A stretch of 64,000 nt of DNA, taken from assembly GCF_040938485.1 (NCBI RefSeq), contig NW_027271250.1, positions 806,001-870,000 on the forward strand, in the 5' to 3' direction. Position numbers and translations under genes: made by a program. Position 1 is the stretch's first letter; every line of letters begins with the position of its first letter. This stretch comes from Diadema antillarum (taxonomy: Eukaryota). The notes beneath the pieces are model-generated. The model ran no database searches. It saw only the letters and a list, made by a program, of their open reading frames with translations, and had not been told where the DNA came from. This document shows, one piece after another, positions 1 through 14,489 of the stretch.

Positions 1-645
1 ACACGCCTTATAATTATCCAATCGATCATTGTGAGAAATCAACGAAGACGTGATACCTGCAGAATGTATTTTATCATGTTATCCCATTGTTAGTGTCATT
101 CCTGTTATTATGCTCACTTTCCCGTCGTCTCTTTGTTTTTGTTTTTTTATTTTAATCATCTGTGCACCAGTGTCTCTTGTCATATCAAATGTCTCTTGAT
201 AAAGTCGTCCTTTTCCCGTTTACAGACGGGACTTTCAGTATTCATGAGAATAAATTCAAGTCATTGGTACAGCCTGGAAGAAACAGTGTGAAAAAGAACA
301 AGTACAGTTCATCACTGCAGACCAGAGTTAATCTGTCCACTATGTACAGAATCGAATTAATGTATTCACATGGAGTTGACTGGAAGAATTTGCACTGGTA
401 ACTGGCTATAAAGTCTCCGATATTTCTAGTGATATTTAATGACAATAGTTCAATACGTGAGAACACGTGGCATGGTGACTATAAACTGGACTGTTGTGAA
501 TGAAACTTGATATTATGAAAGCAGCGATATTATGACAAATACCACCACAGGGAAACTCTGGCCGTTTGTATGTCTCACTTATTTCGTCCATATAGACATG
601 TAAAACCAAGTCATTACCCAGGAGGTATGTTGACAAGTACTGTTG

Positions 646-694
<49 letters not shown>

Positions 695-725
695 TAATAA
701 TGATAATTATGATTATTATCATTAT
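646..725. repeat. (AAT)n microsatellite
   Basis: Direct reading. Confidence 0.95.
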
Positions 726-1957
726 TATGCTGTTAAAGAAGTGAAACGGAACAAACGATAGAATGGTATTTCTAACTGCGCATATCTTAAAAACTTTGGA
801 CCTTACCTAAAAAATGACGTGCCATATTGTACGCAGCCACCTGAGCAGTGACCACAGCTGATGTCGTATAGATTTATTGTTTTCTTTCAGAAAATTGAGA
901 TAACCTTTCCCTGAACTTCTCTAAGCACCAGTCAAGTAAGCCATTTCGATCGTAAGTAGGTAGTTCATGTGCACATCTCCCAAGATGGAGATAAACCTCA
1001 AATTACGCGTGGTTTGTGTGGATGCAGAAATATAGGTATATAGAACACATGGATGAAGTTTGAAGAAAATTGGACTATCCTTTCAAAAGTTCCGATTTTT
1101 CGGTGCCGCCATCACTGGATAAGAAGACTACATTACATATGTAAACAGTATGTAACGTCAGTTGAAACGGACATGATGGATATGAAGAAAATTTAAAGAG
1201 AACTGAACATATTTTCATTTTCCAGCATGGATGAAAGAGCAATGTGCATACCTCTTTCAGAAGGCAGAGGAATGATTACCTTCAACATAAACGAGTTGAA
1301 GGAATGTATAGTTTTCATTGAAAATTGTGACATCACGAATTGTTGTCTTCTTATCCAGCACTGTAGATTATGTATAGGTCTATACTCTATAGTGGGTCTG
1401 AAGCAGTACGCTATCACGTTAGTCCCACCTAAATACGCTAAAAATGAACAATGTTTTCGTTGACACTCGTAACCAAATGTTAGCAGTTCAAAGTCGACAG
1501 GTCAAAACGTGTCTCCCACCAGGGGGTATTATACGTGTCACATATACAAGCGTAAATTGATTGTATATCAAACAGGTGGTTGCATCGCTCCAGACAATTG
1601 GTTTTGTAGCTACCTCATTGTAAAGAACATAACCATAAGGCATTCGATCGATGATCATATTGATCATTTGCTCCACCATTGTATATTCTATTGTGAAAAA
1701 GAAAAAAAAATCATCACTTTCTAAGTTACTTTGCTATATAGTCCATGGGCCAAGAGCCGAAAAATGGGTTGTTGGTACCATCCGAGGTGGCAAAACCTTT
1801 TTGGTGTCATTTTGTTTGTCGGACATAGATATGCTTATCAAGCTATGATAGCATTTCCAAATGAGTAGCTTAGTCATAATAAATGAATTTTTAATCAATT
1901 TGGTCTCGTTTTTATATCCCTATACTTCTGAATCGAAACTAACCGCTATACAAATAC

Positions 1958-2586
1958 GAGCACTGCCTTCTGCATGTCCACAGGTGTTCTGTTGTAAACG
2001 CGGTGCGCTTAGTCTTTATTCAAGGCAGCGAAGGGAATATCCAAAGGGTTATGATGTCCACAGCTGTCACGCGGTGCGCTTAGTCTTTATCTAGAACAAT
2101 GTACCGTTAATCATATTTAAAGTTCCTAATAAAAGGGATTATCTATACTGTTTTTATACCACCCTCTCAACAAATACATCAGTTTTAAACAAAAATCACT
2201 CTGTTCATTTACAACATTATTAATTATAATGTATTGTAGTGTACCGGTACATTGTTTTTGCATAATCTTTCATTGTTGGATGGAAAAAAAACGACATTGG
2301 CGTGGTATTAGCGTTTTCACCGTAGCGTTTTCACCGGAAAATGATAAATAATTGAAAAATACGCTAGAATTCACTAGAAATTGCTTTGTTGTTGTTGTTG
2401 TTTTTAGATAAAGGGATATGCACTGTATTATAAGCTTTGGATATTCCCTTCGCAGTCTTGAATATTAGACTAAGCGCTGTGGACATCATAACCCTTGGAT
2501 ATTCCCTTTGTTGCCTTGAATAAAGAAAAGACTAAGCGCACCGCGTTTACAACAGAACACCTGTGAACATACAGAAGACAGTGCTC
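1958..2586. repeat. Foldback with ~130-bp inverted arms containing internal direct subrepeats
   Basis: caggtgttctgttgtaaacgcggtgcgcttagtc... versus its reverse complement at ~2480-2586. Confidence 0.8.
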
Positions 2587-5548
2587 TTCTTTGTATAGCG
2601 GTTGGTCTCGATTCAGAAGTACAGGGATATAACAACGAGACGAAATTGGTTTAAAATTCATTTACTATGACTAAGCTACTCATTTGGAAATGCTATCATA
2701 GCTTGATAAGCATATCTATGCCCGACAAACAAAATGACACCAAAAAGGTATTGCCACCTCAGATGGTACCAATATCTGGCCTGGCCCATGGACTAATACG
2801 CGGAGCTGTATTCGAGCATCGCATGCATGTATACAGTAATTTGCACTGTGTAGCCTTCGCTTCTTACACTACTTTGCATGATTAATACACCCATTGCTCA
2901 GTCCGTCGTGCGCTGCTAATCAATAAGAATTGCTGTTTATTTGCAACGAGGGACGAACGCTATTTCCATGCATTGACTAATGTGATATACGTACTTGTAG
3001 TGAGAACACACAAATGAAAATTCAGGACAACGTTGATTGCAGCTCATGCGTACGTGTATATGCCCATGCATGATTATTTCCAGTTGAAGTCATCAATGCA
3101 ATGAGTAAATACTGCTTTTAATTTCCGTGTCCTAAATAAGGCCTACATAATTATGTGGATTCAGTGAATGCGAAAACACCTAGTAGAACACGTGTGTGAA
3201 GTTTTAGGAAAATCACTCAATCCGTTCAAAAGTAAATCGCTTAATGATAATAAACTATTTACATTTGGTATGAGAATAATTACCGATTATAGACCAGCGA
3301 AATGAAGAAAATGTGATGATTTCGAGATTATTATTTCTGCAACAATTTTTTCCCGAGGACGTGATGGATCAAACAAACAGCGTAGTGAGAGTTTCATGAA
3401 AATCTGACCTAAATAATATAGTTATGACTTCTCAAAAATGAATTACACGTAGTTTCGTAAAAGTGTGATATATGGCGAGGATCACATAATGATATGCGCA
3501 GTTCATGTTTCGATTGTTCAGTCCCCGCAAGGAGGTATCACACAATACCCCCTTGGTCCTCACAAATTTGTCTTTAACCTATTTACAAATCTTCAGCTTA
3601 TGTCTTGTTTCACAATTCATTTGGAGTGAAGAAATGTTAATGCCATTTGCAGATGATTCTACAGTTGTGAGGAATTAGCAACGATGATTTCAAAGGGGAT
3701 TATAGTTACTTGATAGCTATATAGAATATTGACGAAAACTTGTTTTACATGTATCATATTATCCGTTGCAAAGAGCAGAGAGGTAGCCTTCCTAGAAAGA
3801 ACAAACCCTTGTATAGGGTATTGTGAAGCTACGGTACGATCACCTCATATGATTTTGCCAATCTTGATAAGGACCAAGATCTTTTTTTTTTTTAAATACA
3901 ATAAGTACATGTAAAAGAGAAACTTATTTAAATCACATGACGTATATAGTTTCGTTCGATCATAAAGAAACCTGCAATATCACTTTCTCGCACATTTCGT
4001 TTTATCAAGTGAAAGTTGAATTGAAATGAAAATGGAGTTTCTCTTCAGGGCTTTTGATTCGTTAATTCCTACAACCAAATCCTGAGCTAACACGTTACAC
4101 ATAATTGTAGTGAATAAATGAGGACTGCACAATGTTGTTATCTCACAGGTATTCCTTGTGACATTCTTTTTATTCAGTTCAGTTTAATTCAATTCAATTC
4201 GATTTTATTGTCCATTCTGGTAAATTTGTTTTGTTTGCATCCACAGTTAGAACCCATCGGAACATTATTATTTGTGCATACAGAAAAAAATGACATTTTG
4301 CAGAAAGGGCTATCCAGCCCATGATTGGTGAATAAATCGATACAAATACAAAAATGCATATCGGTATAATACAGAACGCAGGCATAACAGAAACATAGAC
4401 ACGATAGACGTACAAAAGATATCTAATAAATCACCGTCAGAGATACATGACATTTGGATACCACTTCAATAGAGATTCATCCTTGGGGGCAATTTTGACG
4501 ATTTCGATGTTGCGTTCGACCTTTTGACAGCCAAGACGAGTAAATGCAGTTACTGCATTGATTCTGTCTGTTACATCGTGGATACGTGATGTTTTTTTTT
4601 GTACTTTTTTGTGTGGAGAAAACAAGAAAATAAACAGAACAAAACATGTCATAACAAATGGTTTTCTTTTCTTTTTTCGAAAAGGCGTTTAGAAGTACAT
4701 TAGTGGCATTACTGCTCGTATCAAATGCCATTATCGTTCATTACTCCGTGTAACGAACGGTGTAAACAAGCTGCCTTCAGTCGGTGGAACGTGCCCAGCA
4801 GAGCAAGAAGTCTGACACCAAGTATTATTTACAATATTATCGTGCAGCATTTTTTCTCTCTCTCTTTATACACGCGACAAGAAGATCGGTCGACATGAAG
4901 TGAATTAACCTCGCGGTGCCTTTTGTGTTGGATTTTACCACAAAAGAGAAGACTTAATCTTGGCCCAAGGTTTTGGATTGAATGCGAAAAGCTAAATGTA
5001 GGTGAATATCATTCCCCTCACGTAGCTGTGTAATCCCCTGCGACGAAGGTCACCATTTTCACTTATTTTTGTCTGGAACATGTTCCAGGATACGCTGACC
5101 TTGATACTTACACCGCTCTCTGTTGCAACATTTTAAATTCTGTCATCGTAAAAGGGCGTTACATTCCGCCAAGCGTCAGAAGCTTTATATACCCCTTTAG
5201 ACAGATACGGATAAAAATAGAGGAGAAAGTAAGAGAGAATCAGAGAGAATTGATAATGTATAGCGTGCATGATTGATTGTGTCATAGCTTTTAGGTGCCT
5301 ACCAAATGAACTCGTGTGTTCACTTCACTGTTCATTAGAGCAGTACAGATTCCAGTGTACAGTATGACAGTATGAAAATCGTTCCTGCGTTGTAATGGCA
5401 TTATCGGATACGGAAGAATGCTGTTGATCGATTTCCGTAATTTGCTCACAATACCAGCTCGTGTTTGTATGACGTGAAGGTTCGCGCTGGATCTGTTGAC
5501 TCTCTCACTCTCTGTGATATATTTATATGATATTGTTTTTCTTTCCCT

Positions 5549-5581
<33 letters not shown>

Positions 5582-6180
5582 AGATATCGCCACAATTCGG
5601 CAGTTTGCCTACGAGTTGCTATGTTAGCTATTTAAAGCTGATGCAGTGGTCGTCGAGAGTGTTATGATGTGACCATTTATAGGCGTTGAAGCCAAAAACA
5701 ACGACATATTGTTTGTCTTTGCAATCCACTTTCAGCATCCATGATAAACGAGCGTGACTTGACAAGAACGGAGCATGGGAATTATAGCAGTTTGTTATGA
5801 AAGACCAGTATTTCCTTTGAAACCTGAACAAGAAAAAGCTTAAATAAAGGATTTCTCTGTCTACTCGAAAGTTACTGTTGAACTGTTTCATTTCTATACG
5901 TAGTGATAATGGAAGGTTTCAGGAAATTAAGGTACCATCAATACTTCATGCACTTTCACACACTTACCTATGCCCTCCTTATTACAAAATGTTTCTCAGA
6001 TTTTCATATTTGTTGACAAAACTCTGCTTTTATTTTCAATGCAGGGGAGTGTTCGTAGTAACTGTGTTCTGAAAAGGAAATCAAAAATCGACATGTCTTC
6101 GGGAATCTGAAGTGAATCCTGATAAACTTGGCTGTTATTATACCTCGATTGGCTAGACAGCACTCATATCAGTCTCTCGA

Positions 6181-6220
<40 letters not shown>

Positions 6221-7449
6221 TGAGAGACTGAAAATATCCATGTTACTGAGTTTTACAATTGATATACGCGCAGCATCATTCAAACAGAAGAGCTAAAGTT
6301 TCATTGCGGCTAGATATAAGTGAAGAAAGTTGTACAATCTTCTGGTATCGTGCCTTGATGAAAATGTGATGTCAGTCGTAGTCGTGTTTGCAAATTAGAC
6401 GCTCTACAATCACGTCATTGCTTTCAAACCTTCCATCAGTTTAAAAGAGTGAACATCTGATAGAATAATGAAGTTGCAACTCCTCCGACTCTAAACAGAG
6501 TCGTGAAATGTTGCATAATTTCAAGCCTAGAACAACCCGATGTGAAGGGTAAGCTTTCTTTCTACGGGTATTGTTTTCAGATATGCCATGTATAGTCCGA
6601 CACATTTTTCTCGGTTTTTTCCTTCCGTTCTATAGTACAATGTACATTCGATGAACAGAATGTGTTTGCAAGACCAGAAAAGGCAGTACAATATGAATTT
6701 CTAAGGAAAGTTGCAGTTTTTACTGCTTGACCATGTACAAAGCTAAGTAGAGTTTTGCTGCTAATTAATTGGAAGAAATTTAAATATGAAAGTTTCGTCG
6801 CGGCATAACACTTCCAGCTTCAAACCTGTGGCATTTTCCCTCCGCTCCAAACCATATACCTGAAATACTGAAATACTGAAATATACCTGAAAGACGTAAA
6901 GGCGTTTAAGTTTTAACGCAGCTCCAAGTGATGCTCCTTGTCTAACAACATGATTTAAGTTTTGCTGTATGCCTAAGCAAATAAATGACATGTCTCTTAC
7001 TATCTGTGGCATGTAATCATCAATACACTCCCTGGGGATAAATATATTTCCATGATTTAGATAAGGTATTCTGTGCTCCACATGTTTTCATTCAGAAAAA
7101 AAAAAAATCTATCCTGGATATCTGGTGTGATGTGCAAGTTTCAAACGCTGAAACGTCGTCAGCGTTCAGTTTCCATCCAGAACCTCACGATTCCGTTGTA
7201 TTGGTAAAGATAATTCACAGAATATCATCCACGTAATATACCCCCATACCCCCAAGCTCTATATAGACATACTTCCCCATGTAGACCCTCTATTAGGTCT
7301 GTGGGAACTGTATATGTGTATACCAGCAAAACTTTCAATCCGGGATATCATGTGAAGGCTCTTGATGGTTGGGTGGAGGTCAGGTGTACGTATATTACGA
7401 TGTTACGCACAGACGTGAAGCTCACACTGCTACTATTTTATCAGTCATG

Positions 7450-7830
7450 TACATGTATGTGGTTTCTTGTCGTTTTCTGAACCTTGCGTGACAGCCTCGT
7501 TCACATTAAAAATGAATGTCTCGCTGATTGGAGACTCACAGAAGGAAGTTTTTTACATAGGCCTGTCCTTCCATGAAGTATCCACTACAATCTCCATGGT
7601 CATCATTTAATATCATTAGTTACGGAACCGCTCCGTCTCACTCTCACCTTCTTCTTCGTAAGTGCCGTCGGCGACCATGGACCTCCATTCTGTTCTGTTC
7701 ATGGCAGCCTTACTACATGCGGCCACACTCTTTCCTGTCCACTCCTTTATGTTGTTACATCACACACTGCGCTTGCGTCCTCTGAATCTCCTGCCTTCTG
7801 GAATCCCTTCCAGTACACTTTCAGCTAAAG
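7450..7830 (+). pseudogene. Decayed rhodopsin-family GPCR remnant (TM4-ECL2-TM5-TM6-TM7)
   Basis: MWFLVV (W 7460) is in frame with NECLADW (C 7517); FCSWQPYY at 7693-7716 (CWxP-like); ISC + NPFQYTFS at 7802-7825 (NSxxNPxxY-like); stops and frameshifts. Confidence 0.4.
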
Positions 7831-10800
7831 ATAATAATGATAATAATGATAAATGAATAGATAAATAAGTACAGCGTGAATACAGTGTCGAGTATAGTAA
7901 GTTTATGTTGATTTACCCGATTGTGTACTGAATAAGCGGATACGTTTGTTGTTTATGATTGAGGCCAGAGATATGTTCATGTGTATCATAATATCCAGTA
8001 GCCTTTTTATCAAGGCGCTGCCGGTTATTGAGATCATTAATGTAGATAAAATTCCTTACCTAAGCCTTGAAAAGCAATTTCACGCCAAGTTAGCGCAAAT
8101 AAGGGCAGCAAGTTTAGGCAATTTAAAGAATGATATAAATGTAATCAGAAATTGAATAGAGAATCATTTAGTAAATTTAAAGTTTTGTATGCTTTCACCA
8201 AAAAGTGATTTAGTTGCAAACGGACAGAGGCGATGGTGTCATAAATCTCACTAATCTCCATGTGCTTTGTCCACGATGTAGAAACCATGTTTTTGATCAG
8301 TAATAATATATATCAAGTACAACTTTTTTCTCCCTGAGGCTATTTTTATTATCTTCGCTTAAGATTATTCCAGCAAGAAACTTTGATGTGAAAATGTATT
8401 TTCTTTACATATTTTAAGTAAAAAAGAGTTGAGATTTGAATGAATGGGATATTCATGAGGTCGTGACGTCACCACCTCATTACATGTAGGTTGCATTTGT
8501 GGTTGCTATTTGGTATCATAACACACCTCTTTTATAATTTTTTTTTGTATAAACATCACTTTCTGAACTTAACTATATTGTAGATCCGATTTTGATGATA
8601 CCTGGATAATTTTACAGTAGTTGTCTGATTTTACTCATTTATTAAAACCAACTATGTATAGAGCATAGTCCTTACAGTGTAGAACTGCTAAATGTTGAAT
8701 TAAAATTTGGAAACAGAATGGACTCATGATATAAATTATCGTGGTCAATTTGCAGATTACGATATAAATGTCGGAATTACCTCTTCAAAATATTGAAAAT
8801 TTTCCTTCTAAGTCCCAAATGAAATGCGATTACATGCTATGAAATTATTGCATATTCCTATTATGTTACTCTAAAATTATCAATTTTTACAAAAACTTCG
8901 TAATTTTTACATATTTTTATATTGAATTTCATTATATTGAATTCATCGTGATAAGATGTCACACTGATTTTCATCAAAGGGTGGTGATGATAGGATTGTC
9001 AAAGACTAGTTTTTGACAATCAGAAGGCTTGCCTGAAGGCTACCCGACGTAACAAGTAATGCATAATAAGTGGATTCGAAATATCAATTTGTATTCATTT
9101 GGAACTGTAGGTTAACTATAACTCGTATCAAGGTTTTCAGGTGATTATGAATACATATAGTAAAACCGGCCTTTTGCATTTCGACTATGGGGGGGGGGGG
9201 GGGATTTCTGACATTATTCAGACGTGTATACACGTACTAGGTTAATAAACAGCATGAGGAACAAATATTCTTCAGTAAATTAGTATAAGAGCATGAAGTA
9301 CTGAAGTAGCTCCATGGTAAGAGCATCAGTTTTCAAGTTATTTGATCTTTTCCCTCACAATTTTCCATCTCCCTGCTCTGACCTCATCTCATTTTGAAAG
9401 TGATCAACCCCTCCTCATTCTTAACCACTATTTGAGTGGAACGCGTAAACCTTTTTGTGGGGATGAAGCTCGACAAGCGTAATTGAAGATCAGAGAGTAT
9501 TAGGGGAAAGTGGTGTGGTGAATTTCTGTTTCGTAATGCATAGAAAGAGAGATGAATAGGAAAGGGCATGACAGTCGAAAATGTCAGTCTCTTGTAACCC
9601 ATGTCTTTATGATTAAAGGAATGGTATAGTGGGACCCACTTTTTTGTTATTAGGACCACTTTGTTTTACTTCGTTTTTGGATATCTCAGCCATTTCAAAA
9701 CCAATTTTATAAATAAGTACCAAATACCAAATAATTTTTGATGTCCAATTTTAAGAGTTTCTGCCATTCTATTTCTTTGATTTACTCTGCCAAGCAAACT
9801 CAGTATAAACATGGAGTGGTATTTCGCTTTATGAGATCGCGAACCAAATAATCAGTACTTCACCTATATAATCTCTTCCTCCGCAGTGATATGCCCGTCC
9901 TTATAAGACTTGCGTCCATCTTAACACTTTCTATGAAAACAGACATCTCATGACATACTCCATTGCATCATATATAATATTAGGCAATACATACCAGCTT
10001 TGCATGCCTTGAAACCGTAGTTTGCGTATTTATTATGTTAGTTCGAGTTTACCAAGGAAGTGGGCCTCCCTGATTTTGCAAACAGGAAAATACGTATAGG
10101 ATTACTATTTTGTGTCCGGAAGTCCCATGATATATAGAACAATGTTTTCATCTTCCTCATAAACGCATACACTTGGACCTGTGTCGTTCTTCCACTACAC
10201 TTTGGGTTACCAAGATACATTCACAGAACACAATAATTATACTTCCTCAGTACTATGTACGGTTTTGGCATTTCACCGAGCTGGTTACAGTTATTATGAC
10301 ATTCTGCTATATTTTCCATGCATGATGTTGTAGTTGGTTGATACATCATCGTATTTAAAGTGACAATCGGTTGTGACATGGAGCAAGAAAATAGTGATTG
10401 TGTCATGAAACAAAATTTTAATGATTGTCATGATGATTGATGCAATTGACAGTACACGTACAAGGAAAACAGATTCGTTCTTCGATAATGTGGAAATTTA
10501 TGTTAAACTCCAAGTTTCAAAGAAATTGGTAATGATTTTTACTGTCTTCTTTTCTTTAGATAAAGGAGGATGTTGAAACAATGGTATCAGGAGTTGTTTT
10601 CTCCCCAGCTTGGTACTCTGACCGTCGACTGTATAGATTGTCACCATGGAAACTATAACATTGTTTGTACGAACTGTGAGAAAGACACTCAAAATACTTT
10701 CACTCTACTTTCAACAGCGTCATTATCCAGCTTAGAAAGCTTTATGCCGGCTGGTGAAACCGATGAAAGCGATAGTGAAATTTTGCTGGTTTATGTTTTT

Positions 10801-11469
10801 CTTTCGTTGCTTTTTTTTTTCACCACAATACCCCATTTATTATACTCTTGCAACGTTTAATTCGGCTGTGATAGACCGCTCATATAATAGACTTGCTTTA
10901 GACTCTCTGAATTGTATCGTCACATTGAGAGAGTTTGTTACTTGAATATGTTTCAAATACTTTCCATGTTTCTGCTTTTATAAAACGAAAGTTCGAGCAG
11001 AGGATCACACACAACACTACGCTCTTGTCATCGGCACGAGAGAGGGGAAAATAGAATTAAGGGATACTGCGTGTGTTGTCCCATTTATTAAACAGATAGT
11101 ACTTTGAAACCTTCAGATACAGAAAGGTTGATTATTTTTTGTTCCATTTCATTTGAAAATATAACAGTTAAAAAAATACATATCATATACATAACATTTG
11201 TCATAAATGTTCATGCATGTGCGAAACATATTCCATGAAAACAAAAATAATCATTCCATTCATTTTAAGGCAGAAATCAAGCAGAAAAAAATAGGATTAA
11301 TTGTCCGGTCAATTTCTTTTTAACTCCAAAAAAAAAGTACATGTGTAATTATAGGCAAATTAGCCAAGTACTAAAAAAGAAAAACAGAAAATGGAATCTC
11401 TATCATATTAAAAGAACAGCAACAACAAACAAACTCTCTCATACTATACTCTCATATATTTCCAAGTTA

Positions 11470-11545
11470 ACACACACACACACACCCACACACGCGCGCG
11501 CGCGCGCGCACCTGTGTGTGTGTGTGTGTGTGTGCATGTGTGTGC
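11470..11545. repeat. Compound (CA)n-(CG)n-(TG)n microsatellite
   Basis: Direct reading; other simple repeats at ~5549 (GT), ~6180 (AG), ~12775 (CA), ~19240 (CT), ~53023 (TG), ~55995 (CT). Confidence 0.9.
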
Positions 11546-11615
11546 ATGATTTTATTTTTCACGCTCATATCAAAGAATACGATTATGCTACAGAGTTCAA
11601 GGCAATTCAGGTTTG

Positions 11616-12554
11616 TTTTTATGCCTCCGCCACGAAGTGTCGCCGGAGGCATTATGTTTTCGGGTTGTCCGTCCGTCCGTCCGTAATCAATTTTGTGGAC
11701 AGCGTATCTAAAAAATTGTTAGAGGTATCCTAATGAAAGTTATATGTATGAGTGGGCGAAGTTGTGCCTATCAACTATTGGGCGCACATGCTCAAGGTCA
11801 AAGGTCGAAAGATCAAGGTCAAAGGCTCAAAATTTTATTTCCCCTATATCTATGCAATGCCTGGAGCTATTTACTTGAAACTTGGTGTATACATGAACTA
11901 CCAAATAAAGATTCCCTAGAGAGAGCTTTGAGTCATGAAGTCAAAGGTCAAGGGTCAAAGGTCAAGTGAAAATGTTAACATTCCACTTTTTTCTCCATAT
12001 CTCACAAATATTTCAAGGTATCTTCATGGAACTTTGTATATATATGAATGTACTGACTGGTAGTGATAATGTAGGGAATTTAGGGGTCATGGGTCAAATG
12101 TCATGGGTCAAAGGTCAAGGTCAACTCATCAAAATGTCATTATTTCTCTTTTATCCATGCAATGCCTGCAGGATATTTTTCTTGAAACTTAGTGTATGCA
12201 TGTATTATCCAATACAGATTCTCTTGGAAGTTTCTTGTCAAAAGGTCAAAGGTCAAGTGAAAGTGCTAAATTTCACTTCTTCTTTAAACTTATAAAAGGG
12301 TACAAAGTTAGGTACAAATCCTCAAATCCCCAAATGCCTGAACTCTTAGACAGTATATCCATTCATCCGAATAAACCTAGTTCAAGGAAAGTGAACACTC
12401 AATGCATTTGTGACAAACCTGTCATTTTAATATTTTGCCAGTCATGTGAAACTGTCATCACACATTGTCAAGACATTGTGCTATAGACCTATTTGGAGAA
12501 CCATGCATGCATTATGGCGGAGGCATACCAGTCGCCATAGCGACATTTCTAGTT
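11616..12554 (+). mobile_element. Helentron/DINE-1-like non-autonomous element, family A copy 1
   Basis: T-run, sub-TIR ATGCCTCCGCC...GGCGGAGGCAT, (GTCC)n, 3' hairpin gtcgccatagcgac, CTAGTT end. Confidence 0.75.
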
Positions 12555-12780
12555 GCTTTTGTTTTTCTTTCCCGCTCAGGTTGATTTCAACTTGAATAAA
12601 TTTCTGAAATACACGCGTGTTTATTTGTGCTTGTTGTAATGGTATGTGCATTTGCGTGTGTGGTTATACACAGAATTTCATTACTAAAATACGTAATGCG
12701 AAGTGAAAATCTTGAGCGAGGAGGACTTTGGTGCATGGAGTGCAAGACCAGACAAGATACTTGATGGAGATATTGTGTTG

Positions 12781-12811
<31 letters not shown>

Positions 12812-14489
12812 TAAACCATATCCTTGTCATCCTATATTTCTCTTCCTCAAGATGTGTCGGTAATGTGTGAGTTGGGCGATGAAACCAATGGAAATAAACT
12901 CTTTTTTTTTTCAACGATCCAATGCTGATATGAATATCGCGCGTTACCAGACACGATCCTATCTACTTGCAATATAATGGTGCATAACTCTTGTGGCATC
13001 GCACTTATCTGTTCGCATGAGTACATCCTAACTGTGCTGTATATATTACGTTTGAAAATAAGAGTCAATTGAGAATTAGAGCCCACCTTGGAATCCGGTT
13101 CGTTGAAATCGATACCTCTTCCTGATTATCTGCTGTTTCAGCTGGACCCGAGTACTAGTATAGTAGGATAATCTGTGCAGGAAGTACTGGCTCTGTCATG
13201 ACACAAAATTGATTATCCTTACTCTTTGTGTCTTATGTATAGTACCGCCATCAAAACTGTTCAGGAGAAAACAAAAGCAGGTTTCCACTTTACGTTGTTT
13301 CTTCATTTAATTATGTATCATATCCTAGTTTCATAGAGATGAACGGCAAGTTTGTTTTGATTTGAGAATACACAGAGACACCTATCCGTTAAAAGATCAC
13401 CGAACAATTTCGTCAGTGTGCAATCGCGAGGACAAACTGGCCCAATCGATTGCCGTAATATTTCAGTATGTGAGTTTATAGAATGCGACTTTTTTTTTTA
13501 CAGGTGAATGGGAGACTTTTGGGATATTGAAATCAGTTTAAACATAATTATTGATACTAGACTGTTCCGAAAAAAAAAGCGGAATCATTACCAGTTCTCT
13601 TACGGTATAGACCTGCGATATTGATAAAACCGCTACCAGCATTCTGTTCATCTATATCTTTTCTCTTTAAAGCCAACTTTAACGTTGTTTGGTATACGTG
13701 TATAATACTTCATGGTTATTGTAATGCAAGTTATTTCTTTGTAGACCCACGAAATTGCCACCCGCAAAAAAGAAAGAAAAGAAAAAGAAAATGGAATGCA
13801 GAAGTCAGTACTCAGTCATGTCAGTGATCATGAGAAGCAGATTTTCGGTTCCTAAAAGTTTTATACACTCAAGTTGTTACTACAGGGTAGAATGATTAAA
13901 GGCTGTGATGGCCATGCAGTGGAATGGTTTGACTGACTTTAGTAGATATTCTGAAGTTGAGAAAAGCCCTGAGATCCTGTTTTGACAACTGATATGAAGA
14001 CTGACATGAAGGAGGGAAATAATTGCGTGACCTGTTATCGTGTTCTGTTATCTCATATCCTTTCACGTCGAAGTAGGCCTCTGTTTAGTGTTCAAAATTC
14101 ATTATGTGTGTTGTAAAAGTTGTACCATACTTCCTGTTCTTGTTTTTTGTTAGTTATACGCAAGTTAGTTTTATCTGTTTTTCCTCATTCTCGGATTTTT
14201 TATCAAGACTTTTAAAAAGAGATTGTCATCCAATACTAATCTTCTGTACATTAGCCCGAAAAAGGAGAAATCACATCCAACGATTTGGTGGGCAGACAAT
14301 GGAAGAAACCGCAAGTCTTTGTATTGAGCGGGAAGCGATTTTACACAGTGGATGTAAATTGAGAAATTGTGTAAAGTCCCGAGGGAACGGAACGCGTGAA
14401 TAGCGTCAGAAAACGTCACATGTTATTTATTCGGATCATAAAGAGGTACCTTTCGTCCAGAAAATGAGGTTTCAGCCTTTCATTATGAT

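Noticed and set aside
162-640. Acceptor-like tttacag at ~225 and donor-like gtatgt at ~625 suggesting exons
   Set aside because: No recognisable protein and stops in all frames across the span
6761-7081. Minus ORF with VRQGASLG resembling the reverse transcriptase QG motif
   Set aside because: No YADD or other RT motifs at the expected spacing
7662-7856. Signal-peptide-like ORF (MDLHSVLFMAALL...VHSF) as integrin exon 1
   Set aside because: No FNxD/FGxS and no suitable phase-2 donor; the region is better explained by the GPCR relic in other frames
10080-10560. TM2-, TM5- and TM6-like peptides (NVFIFL, VIMTFCY, KKLVMIF)
   Set aside because: Spacing leaves no room for TM3-TM4; AT-rich DNA gives such peptides by chance
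13110-13280. FLIICCFSWT and SKLFRRK (GPCR TM6/helix 8-like); LFQLDPS (integrin N-terminus-like)
   Set aside because: Short, stop-bounded and unsupported by neighbouring motifs
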